DNA of 64,000 bases from Octopus sinensis (Eukaryota). The position numbers were made by a program, and so were the translations under genes. The DNA is taken from NCBI RefSeq assembly GCF_006345805.1, contig NC_043018.1, positions 20,956,001-21,020,000 on the forward strand. Direction: 5' to 3'. The notes under the pieces were generated by a model. That model searched no databases and was not told the origin of the DNA. It saw only the letters and a program-made list of their open reading frames with translations. Shown here in pieces: positions 14,801 through 26,800 of this stretch. Every line of letters begins with the position of its first letter. The first letter of the stretch is position 1.

Positions 14801-17800
14801 ATGCAATAGACTAGTCCTCTCTCACCAAATTTCAGGCCTTGTGCCTTAAGTAGAAAGGATTATTATTATTATTATCATCATTAAGGCAACGAGCTGGCAG
14901 AACCGTTAGCATGCTGAGCAAAATGCTCAGCAGCATTTCATCCATCTTTAGATTCTGAGTTCAAATTCCACCAGGATTAACTTTGCCTTTCATCGCTTTT
15001 GGAATTGATAAAATTAAGTACCAGTGGAACACTGGGATCACTGTAATCAACTGGTCCCCTCACCCAAAATTTCAGGCCTTGTGCCTGTAATAGAAAAGAT
15101 TATTATTATCTTTATATATAAAAGTAAGGTTGTGTGTCTGTCTCCTACGATTTAGATTCCTAACTACTCCCACATTTTGCGGTGCAGTTTAACCAAAACC
15201 GGGTATCTTATAGTCGTGATTCATATCGAGCCCTTCTGGGTATTAGCGCGCGTCTACGATGAGTCTACGATTTAAAAAAAAATTTACCATCATTTTTTTT
15301 CCATTTTAATGCATTTTTTCGCTATTATATAAGGAGAGTAACTCTCTAAAAATGTCTACGATGAGTCAACGATTTTAAAAAAAATTTACCATAATTTTTT
15401 TTCCATTTTTAATGCATTTTTTTGCTATTTTTTGGGTATAACTCTCTAAAAATGCTTATATAGTTATTTCCCTTACAAACCTGAGCAACGCCGGGCGATA
15501 CTGCTAGTTATTATTAAATTAATAATATTATATATGTGTATATAATTATATTATATGGTAGTTTTTTTTAAGGTATCAACGCTTCAAGCTTGCTGGGGAT
15601 AGGTCGTTTTCGCCCTTGCTCCCTTAATTTAATTATCTACATATGTGTATTATTATTAATTTAATGTATAAATTGCCTATAAAGTTTTATAGCATGCTGA
15701 CTACTGATAAAAATCATTAACGTGATTTTTATCCTTATATTCTGTTATTATTATTATTATTATTATTGTTGTTGTTATTTTTTAAAAATAAAATATGGTC
15801 CATTGTCTTCTGCTAAACTGGGATCATCCTTGACTCTAGGGTCACAGCAGGTCCTCATCTCATGGAGAGTACATGGCGTAAAATGTGTGCAGAACCTAGC
15901 AGCACTATTTTCTGAAGTTCTCCCACGTTAACACTGCAAGGGAGTTTGTTGAGCTGCTTATCAAGGCCCTTTTTAATTAGCCCTAATGCTCCAATCACCA
16001 CTGGTGCTGTGCTGCTTTTCATTCCCCACATCTTGGTCACTTATATTTCTAGGTCTTTGTACTTAAATAACTTCTCAACTTCTTTAATGGACACATTTCT
16101 CTCTGATGGTTCTGTCACATCTATCATTAAACATTTCTTATTCTTCCCATCTTTGATGATTATGTCTGGCCTGTTTTCCTTGATTTCTTTATCGGTATTG
16201 ATTGGCATGTCCCAGAGTACTGTTACATCATCTTTTCTGGTCACAGTTTCAGGTTTATGCTGGTAGTGTTTACATATCTTCCAATGGATGTATTGCGCTA
16301 CTCTATCATTTCTATGAATATATTCGGTGTTTTTTATTATTATTTTTCTATTATCTTTTTCAGATGCTGTGTAATGAAATTGTTACCTCTTGAAAATTTA
16401 GTTGAAGTTTGTCTCAGCTGGTTGGTATTAAAACAAATTACAGTTTAAGAAATTAATTATTTTTTCTTTTAGATTTATTTACTTTTATCTTTTCTTAACC
16501 ATTTTCTCAACTATCACCCTTTCTTTAAAAGAATAGTTTTTCACTATTTCTCTGGCTGTTTTTTTTTTCTCTCTTTCTCTCTTTTTTCCTTTCTGTCGAA
16601 GAGCATTGACTCGAAATCTAAAAGACTTTCTCACTTCCCCGCATTAAACTAATACATCTGTTTGTTTATACACCCGACTTCATCTTTTGTTTTTTTGTAA
16701 ATTCTCCCTATGTATGTATATATATATATATGCATACACGCGAAATATATCTATCGTGTATATAGTATATACAAATGTATCTTTTTTGACATAGGAAACC
16801 CAATAAACCAAATTCAGAATCTTCAGCTCTGAAAGACACTCTCCCAGCTGATGAATCAAAGGTATGTGGTACTTACTTTATTCCCTCCTACTTTTAATTT
16901 CTTTGAGTGGTTTGTGGTGTACATCTCACTGGCATCATATCTCACTAGCCTTCCTCCACACTTGACCCCACCCCTTCTGTTAACTATTAAAAAAAATATT
17001 GTGATAATCTTTAACCCTTTCGTTACCAACCCACTTGAAATTGCCTCTGGCTCTGTAGTACAAATATCTTGTTTTCATAAGTTCTGAATCAAGATATTCC
17101 TAACACTAGCTGAATGTTATATTTAAAAGAAGTGAAAGAAACACAGCATCTCAAAATAAATATGGTAACAAAAGGGTTAAGCAGCCTTTAGAGAGGGTGT
17201 ATGTTCTTTGTCTCCCTTTTATATTCTACTCTTCTCTCCTCTTGATTTGCACATCGGGCAGATGCTTAGTAGAATTTCTTCCAGTTTTTCACATTTTGAG
17301 TTCACATCCTGCTATGGTTAACTTTGCCTTTCATCTTTCCAGGGTCGATAAAATGAAGTGCCAGTCAAGTAATCGACTTGTCTCTTCTCCTCAAAATTGC
17401 TGGCCTTGAACTATGCAATAGAATGACATCCTATTCAGGAGTATTTTAGTGATCTTATTTCTTTACTGCCCACAAGGGGCTAAACACAGAGAGGACAGAC
17501 AAACGGATTAAGTCGATTATATCGACCCCAGTGCATAACTGGTACTAAATTTATCGACCGCAAAATGATGAAAGGCAAAGTCAACCTCAGCGGAATTTGA
17601 ACTCAGAACGTAGCGGCAGGTGAAATACCGCTAAGCATTTCGCCCAGTGTGCTAACGTTTCTGCCTGCTCGCCGCCTTATTTTAGTGATCTTGGTCATTT
17701 GTATGCACGGGAAGTATGCAGCCAGCCTTATGGATCCTTATGCGGGGTGAAAAGTTATACAAATCACAAATTTCCTCAGAGTCTAAGTTTAACCCGAAAT

Positions 17801-20800
17801 TATTTTATAATGTATTGCTTCACCCTATGTTGTAAGTTCTGGTCTCTCATACATTAGTTAAATAAATCCCGATAGTATAATAGTCGACCATCATCATTTA
17901 ACATCCGTTTTCCATGCTGGCATGAGTTAGATGGTTTGACTGGAACTGGTAAGCCAGAGAACTGCACCAAGTTCCAGTCATTTGTTTTGGCTGGGTTTCT
18001 ACAGCCTGATGCCCTTCCTAATGCCAACCACTTTACAGAGTGTACTGGGTGTGTTTTATGTGGTGTCAGCACAGGTGCCTTTTACCTGTTACCAACACAG
18101 GTACCTTTTGCAAGTGGCCACAACCATGATTTCAGCTTGTCTTCCCAAGCACAGCAGATCACCAGAGGTCTCAGTCACTTACAATAATAATTATATTGGT
18201 TTGTTACAGACAAAAGTGCCAGAAATACAGAAAGAAGTCAAATCAAAAAAAAATGCTGACATTGCTAAGCCAGAAGTGGAAGAGGTGAGTTTTGCTGTTA
18301 AATTCTGTAAAATATCGAGTTTATGAGATTTGCTTCTTTTATTTTTTTTAACCAGCTGCTTATTTACACTCCGTTAATTAGATAAGCTCCTTTTTTTATT
18401 TGATGTCTGCATATTTTCCGTGGTATCATAAGTTTGGTTGGAGGTTTACTTGAGGCGGAATTTTCAGTCAGATGCTCTTCCTGTTGCCAACCCTTACATG
18501 TTTTTTTCTACATGTCTTTGAATGTGTAGAGCAGTGGTTTTCAACCAGGGTTCCGCCAGTACAGTTCAGGGGTTCCGCAAGAAGTTACAAAACTGCTAAA
18601 ATCGGCAGTAATTTTTAATTCTCCTGTGCAGATATGTGTGCATAAGACTATTAAATTATTGCACAGGGGTTCCTCGAGCCAGTGGAATGTTTCCTTGGGG
18701 TTCCACTCCAGCAAAAAGCTTGAAAAGCACTGGTGTAGAGCAACCAGTCATAATATCAATAAGGAACATCAACATCACCATTGTTTCCTTGAAACAGAAG
18801 CAAAGATGAACATGGAATACATGTTTACATTGATGCTCATTTGCAAGCATGCACGAACGCATATATGCACATAGGTGCTTCGTGCAGTTTCTGTCTTGTA
18901 GATTGCCCATCACAATGGTCAAACCTATAACACTATGGTAGAAGACACAGCTATTGCAAAGACATTTATCCAGTGTGTTATGCAGTGGGACTGAACCCAA
19001 AACCATGTGGTTGTCATGCGGGTTTCTTAACCTTGCAGCAATGCCTGTAAATCAGTAAATTAATCACTTAGCTCTGGATTTGTACCTGAAAACATATATT
19101 GCATACATCGACACTAGTATAGTGGGGGCGGGGCATCCACCCTGGGTAGCACTTTTAAAGGGGTACCACTTTTAGGTCTGCTGTTGATAATATGTGCTTC
19201 TTGTGGTGTCCGGAGGTGGCACACACTCTAGCTACCCCAGTGCACAACGAAAATGTACAGAAAATAGACTCCATCAACTGCCAGACAGGCCTCCGTGCCG
19301 GTGGCACGTAAAATGCAACATTCGATTGTGGCCGTGTGCTAGCCTTGTCTGGCACCTGTGCGGGTGGCACGTAAAAAGCACCCACCACACTCACGGAGTG
19401 GTTGGCATTAGGAAGGGCATCCAGCTGTAGAAACACTGCCAGATCAGACTGGGCCTGGCACAGCCTTCTGGCTTCCCAGACCCCAGTTGAACCATCCAAC
19501 CTATGCTAGCATGGAAAGCACACATTAAACACTGATGATGAATTCAATATTATATTGTAGGTATTTATTTAAGCAATATGAGGGGACCAGAACCTACATC
19601 ATCACCAACCCATGGATGTTACTCTCACAAGTCCTGCTTAACCTATTCTTATTCTCATAGCTATGCTCTCGGAGCATCCACCTCTGCTACTAATTTGGTC
19701 ACCTAGATAACAGAAGCTATCTACTACATCATCATCATACATCCGTTTTCCATGCTAGCATGACTAATAATATTGATTTTTTTTATGGTTTGTTGCAGAC
19801 AAAACCCCCCAAAACACGGAAAGAAGCAAAGTCCAGAACTGTTGAGATTGTTAAACAGGAAGTGGGAGAGGTGAGTCTCGGTGTTAAATTCTATGACATT
19901 TCCAGTTCACAACTCTATCCTGTCATAAGATATCAGTTGCTTTGATGGTTAAGAGATTTCAGGAATTATAAATCATTGAAATATTAAAATGACATGTTTA
20001 TGAGATTAGAGAGGGGGGAGGGGGTCAGACTTAGCTTTGTCTTGTCGCTTGCTTTCAGTTGATTGACCAATTGCAAAGACTTGTGGAATATAAAATTCCA
20101 TTACCTGAAAAAATAGGTTGATGATTGGTGGCCAACAGAGAGTCTGACCCTAAGACGTTGCCTTATAATCAATTCCCACTGAAGTCTTGCTAGCATGGAA
20201 AAACGGACATTAACCCTTTAGTATTCAGTTTACTCTATCAAATGTAAAACTTATTTATTCATATTTTTTTTAGAATGACAGGGTTGATGTGAGGGGCTGG
20301 ATCTGGCCAGTCTTAACATAAAATGCGACCAGATATGACCATTTCAAATGTTAAAGGGTTAAACAAACTGTAACCCATGGTCTTTCATAGAGTTTCTATC
20401 TACCAGTTTCACTCACAAACTATTGGTTAGCTCAAGGTGCCACGCAGAGAGATAGAACTCAGGTCCTCTTGGTAGCAAATCCAACTCCATGTCCACACAG
20501 TATTGCCCTCACCCTATCTATATTATTTAGTTTCAACCTACATTCTAGAATTAGCCCTCTCCATTCTCCTCTATGGAACAGAAACGTAGCCCCTCTCAAT
20601 GATCCTTGTTTTCTTTACTGCCCACAAGGGGATACACACAGAGGGGACAAACAAATTAAGTCGATTATATCGACCCCGAAATGATGAAAGGCAAAGTGGA
20701 CCTCGGTGGAATTTGAACTCAGAACATAACGGCAGACGAAATACGGCTACACATTTCGCCCAGCGTGCTACTGTTTCTGCCAGCTCGCCACCTCAATGAT

Positions 20801-23800
20801 CCTGGCAAAGAAGATCCATGGCTTTGATAGCAGATCCCTGGGAACCATTGAGAACATCAGATGGTACCATCACGCTTCCAACAAAGAACTGCATGCATGC
20901 ACGCATCAATGCACAGCCTCCCACCTGGTAACTATCTGTCACGTGCTGGTACAGACATGTCCTCCATCTCCCGTGGGATCATAGTACCAGGGCTTTACTC
21001 TCATACGACACAGCAGTTGCAGACTGGAAGAAGCCTCATGGCAGGCCCTGCACCAAATGGCTGGAAGTGATTAAGGAAAATCTCCAAAGGCTTGACGTCA
21101 CCTTGGAGGATGCAGAGGGGCTGGCACGGGACCACCAGCAATGGAGAGCACTGCTGAACCTGGGACTACCCCAGCCCCATGAAGCAGCAGCAGCTACATT
21201 CTAGAGCAGTGCTTTTCAGACTTTTTGCTGGAGCAGAACCCCAAGGAAACATTCCACTGGCTCAAGGAACCCCTGTGCAATAATTTAATAATTTAATAGT
21301 CTTATGCACGCATAAGGAGTGGCTGTGTGGTAAGTAGCTTGCTAACCAACCACATGGTTCTGGATTCAGTCCCACTGTGTGGCATCTTGGGCAAGTGTCT
21401 TCTGCTATAGCCCCGGGCCGACCAATGCCTTGTGAGTGGATTTGGTAGACGGAAACTGAAAGAAGCCTGTCGTATATATGTATATATATATATATATGTG
21501 TGTGTGTCTGTGTTTGTCCCCCTAGCATTGCTTGACAACCGATGCTGGTGTGTTTACGTCCCCTTCACTTAGCAGTTCGGCAAAAAGAGACCGATAGAAT
21601 AAGTACTGGGCTTACAAAGAATAAGTCCCGGAGTCAATTTGCTCGACTAAAGGCGGTGCTCCAGCATGGCTGCAGTTAAATGACTGAAACAAGTAAAAGA
21701 GTAAAAGAGATATCTGCACAGGAGACTTTAAAATTTCTGCCGATTTTAGCAGTTTTGTAACTTCTGGCAGAACCCTAAGGTTCCGCAGAACCCTGGTTGA
21801 AAACCGCTGTTCTAGAGTTTTGATCCCTCATGTTTCACTTAACTAAGCACCTGTGCTATACTATGCAATTCATCAATGTTACTTTTATTGGTTTGTTGCA
21901 GACAAAAATACCAGAAATAGAGGAAGAAGAAACATCTACCAAAAATGGTAATGTGGTTAGCCATGAAGTGGAAGAGGTGAGTGTTGGGGTTAATTGCTCT
22001 AAAATTCATACAATATTCTTTGTATTAACCCTTTCATTAACGTATTTATTTTGAGATGCTCTCTGTTTCTCTCAATTATTTTAAATATAACAAAAAAATT
22101 TAGCAAAATAACTTAGTTATCATTAAGTTAGTGTTAGGAACATAAATTGTGACTAAGATTTGGTGGAAGATTAATTCAAAACTTATGAAAACAAGACATT
22201 TGTACTACGGAGCCAGAGCTGGTTTCAGCCGGGTTAATAACGAAAGGGTTAATGATAGCTCCTTGTTGACACTTTCCAATGCATTGTAGACTTCTAATTA
22301 CAATAGGGCTTTCTGGGTCTGTGTTATATGATTATGCTAAAGGGGTACACATGCTACAGCAAAAAACTTAGATGATTTCACACACTGCAAACATGCATAG
22401 ATACATACATGCGCACACATATACACGCACACACATACATACAAAAATTATGTCCTTGCTCAAAGTAAGATATCATCAATGTCATCTTTACTACTACTAC
22501 TTTTACCATCACCATCACTACTACTACTGGTTTTGATCTGTTGCAGGCTGAAGAATCAAGAAGTGAAATAACGGAATTGGCAAATCTAAGTAAAATTGGA
22601 AAGGTGAGTTTCAGTGTTTTGTACAGCTGTAGTTTCCATGGCGTATATATTCCCCACCTGGATGGGACACTAGTCCTTCACAGGATTACTCACTTTTGCC
22701 AGCTGAGTGGACTGGAGCAATGTGAAACGAAGTGTTTTTGCTCAAGGACATAAAGCATCGCCCGGTCTGGGAATCGAAACCACAATCTTACGATCATCAG
22801 TTCAACACCCTATTCACAGAGTAGAATAAAACAAACCAATATTCTTGTTTTATTTATGTATATATATATATATATATATTTTTTTTTTCTTTCAACAGGT
22901 ATCTCGTGCTACTATACACAAGAAACTGGAAGACAGCTTCACAGTGCTTTTGGCATCATCAGGGAAAGTTGGTGTGCTACCCAAGATGCATCTGTCTGAT
23001 TTTCAAAGCCATTGTGATATGTTATGGGACATCTACAGCGAAGGGGACATGATGCGAGTTGTCAACTTTAAACACCTTAACAAAACCACTGTATCCTTTT
23101 TTTTCTTTTCTTTTCTCTTTTTGTTTTTTTTTAAGACTAGTGAGGTGTAAACATAAATGTTTGGTATTTATGTTTTTATTTATATAGACTAAGGAGGAAC
23201 AGGATGGTCATGGTGGGGATCATTGTGGCTATCATCATCATCATCATCATCTAACATCCATCTTTCATGCCGGCATGGTTTGGATGGTTTGACAGGATCT
23301 GATAAGCCAGCAACTATGCCAAGCTCCACTCTCTCTTCAATTACTGCTTCCCATTTGCTTGGCAGACGGTCAGACTATCATTTACTCTTACTCTTTTACT
23401 TGTTTCAGTCATTTGACTGCGGCCATGCTGGAGCACCGCCTTTAATCGAGCAACTCAACCCCGGGACTTATTCTTTTGTAAGCCCAGTACTTATTCTATC
23501 GGTCTCTTTTGCCGAACCGCTAAGTGACGGGGACATAAACACACCAGCATCAATTGTCAAGCAATGCTAGGGGGACAAACATACACACATATATACATAT
23601 ATACGACGGGCTTCTTTCAGTTTCCATCTACCAAATCCACTCACAAGGCCTTGGTCGGCCCGGGGCTATAGTAGAAGACACTTGCCCAAGGTGCCTCGCA
23701 GTGGGACTGAACCTGGAACCGTGTGGTTGGTAAGCAAGCTACTTACCACACAGCTACTCCTGTGCTTATAATGAACAATTTCGTAAGATAACATTGTCAT

Positions 23801-26800
23801 TATTACTGATATTAGGCGGCAAGCTGGCAGAATCATTAGCACGCCAGGCAAAATGCTTAGCAGCTTTTCATTTGTTTTTACTTTCTGAGTTCAAATTCCA
23901 CCAAGGTTGACTTTGCCTTTCATTCTTCTGGGGTCGATAAAATAAGTACCAGTTGATCACTGGGGCTTGATGCAAAATTTGAAACCATTATTAAATGGTG
24001 TTTGGAAATATATTAACACAAAATTTGGATGAAAGGTTTTGATTTAGAGATCTTTAAAACAGGAAATTTGTATCAATAATCCAAAGGTGGCTTCTGGTGG
24101 GTTGGTACCAAAAGGGTTAAATTTTAACGGGTCAAGTGAGTTTCCTTTCAGATTAATTTCAAAATATAGAATTCCTTAACCATTTCTTAAGATATGTAGC
24201 AGTAAGCTTAGTCTGCGGCTAACAGCTAAAAAGGGAAACTTTGTACAAACATTCAAGGATATTTACGTAAGTTACTTTTTTCTTATTCTTGTTTCAGTTG
24301 TTTCACTATGGTCATGTTGGGGCAATGCCTCAAGGGATTTTTAATCAAATGGATCGACCCCAGTACTAATTTTTAAGTCTGGTGTTTATATTATTGGTCT
24401 CTTTTGCCAAACCACAGAGTTACTGGGATGTAAACACACCAACACTGGTTGTCATGTAGTGATGGGGGACAAACAGATACACATATACATGCATATATAT
24501 ATACATATATATCACATGATCACATGACTGACCAGACCATCAGATGTAGTTACACATCGCTGGTCACAATGCCTTCGCATTGTTTTAGCCTTCAAATGAT
24601 GCCACCCCACTGGCTAAGCGAGCAGGCCAACAGAAGAAAGAGTGGTGAAAGAGTATAGCAGGGATCACCACCCCCTGCCGGAGCATTGCGGAGCTTTTAG
24701 GTGTTTTTGCTCAATAAACACTCACAACACCCGGTCTGGGAATTGAAACCACGATCCTACGACCGCGAGTCCGCTGCCCTAACCACTGGGTCATTGCGTC
24801 TCCACATATACATATATATATATATAAAAACATACATACATACATATATATATATATATCATCATTGTTTAACATCCATCTTCCATGCATGCATGGGTTG
24901 GACGGTTTGTCAGGAGCAGGCCAGGCAGATGACCACCCCAGGCTACTGTGTTGGTTTTGGCAGTGTCTTTACAGCTGGATACCCTTCCTAACCCCAACCA
25001 CTCTGCAGAGTGGACTCAATGCTTTTTTACATGGCATCACTGTAGGTGATCTTGAGTATTCTGTGTAGACAGAATTGGTGGAATGCTTGAAAATGAAGAA
25101 CTTGTATAATAATAATAATAATAATAATAATAAATGCCCTGATGCAGTATCAGGCAGTGGCTCTCATGGCTTCTGATCTTAACTGATTGGAAGTGTTATC
25201 ATGTACATTGTTTTGTCTTGGTTTAAAAGATGGGCTACAGCAAATATTCTGCTCAATACCACAGATTTGCTTGTCAGTTGTTTGACCTTAACCAGTTGAG
25301 CATGTCCCTTAGTGGCTGACGATATGTGCATCTCTGATCACGAGCAGAAGTAGTGGGGGAGCATCATAGCCATGTGTTGAGAGGGATTCTTTAGGGTTTG
25401 GATAATTCACCTCCGGAAACATGGGTGATTCGTTCAACATCCTTAAACAATCCTTATTCAAGGACCTTTTGAGCGGGATGGTTACTCTACCAGAAGAAAA
25501 TTCTAACTGGGCCCCACCTGCAAGGTCATGTGCTGTTTATCTTGATATGAGATCACCATGTCGCGCACATATGGTTGTGATGCATGTGCCTAGTGTACCC
25601 TTATCAGACGGGTAGTCATGATGGGTATACTGGGCTTCGTATATTTTACCCCAGTGTCACTTTGATGGCATTCACTGCTCTCTCACTCATAATAATAATA
25701 ATAATAATTTTAATAATGAACTTATTGTGTACAGTGCTCAGGTGCTCTACAACTCATAAGAGAAAGTAAGCAAAACTGGATTAACAGTACATAGAATACA
25801 CACAGGAAGTAAACAGTGAATAAATCTTAAAAATAAAAAGATGAGGTGAGGGACATCAGGTGTACTGTTGGTGAATTTCAGGAAGCATGGGAGTTTTGAA
25901 GGATGTAGGGTTTCGACAGCTAACTACTGATGTGGGTAGTTTATTCCATGCTTCAGCAATTGTGTGTGAAAAATTTTTTTGTCCGTATTGAGCTGACATA
26001 ATATATTTTAATGTGACTTCGTGTGTACCATTTGCGATTTTTTTCTTTTTTTTTTTTTTTTTCTCTGTCTTCCCTTCTCCTATGTTTCCGACGAAGAGCT
26101 CCGCTCGAAACGTTAAACCCTCCTTTCCTCAGCGTCCAATAATACTATATTTGTTCCACATCCTCGCGTTGTCGTGTTTTTTTGTGCTTTCTTGTTTGGA
26201 TTAACAATAATATATTTTATTCCAGGTTGGTCAGAATTTGATTGGAATTGTTAAAACAGTTGTTGATTATGGTATATTTGTTGAATTTCCTGGAGGTCTT
26301 CTCAGTTTTGCAGTCACTAAGGTAAGATGGCATCAATAATCACCATTTTACAGCTGCTTTTGATATCTTTGTTTGTGTGTGTGTGGATAATTTGGTCATT
26401 AAGGGGAACATTTGAAACACTTTGCTTTCCAGCAGTGTTTAAAAGCAGGTTAATTTTCATTAAATTATGCCCACAGCAATGTGGCAGAATGGCAGAACAT
26501 TTATCAGCTTCATGCTGGATTGGATTCCTTCCTATCACTAATCATTCTCAGTCTTCAAATTTGTTAATCTTTATATATAAAACTGAAGTTGTGTGTGTGA
26601 GAGTCTGTCTCCTCCGATTTAGATTCCTAACTACTCCCACATTTTGCGGTGCAGTTTAACCAAAAGCGGGTATCTTATAGTCGTGATTCATATCGAGCCC
26701 TTCTGGGTATTAGCGCGTGTCTACGATGAGTCTACGATTTTAAAAAAAATTTACCATCATTTTTTTGTTTTTTTAATGCATTTTTTGCTCGGTTTATATA

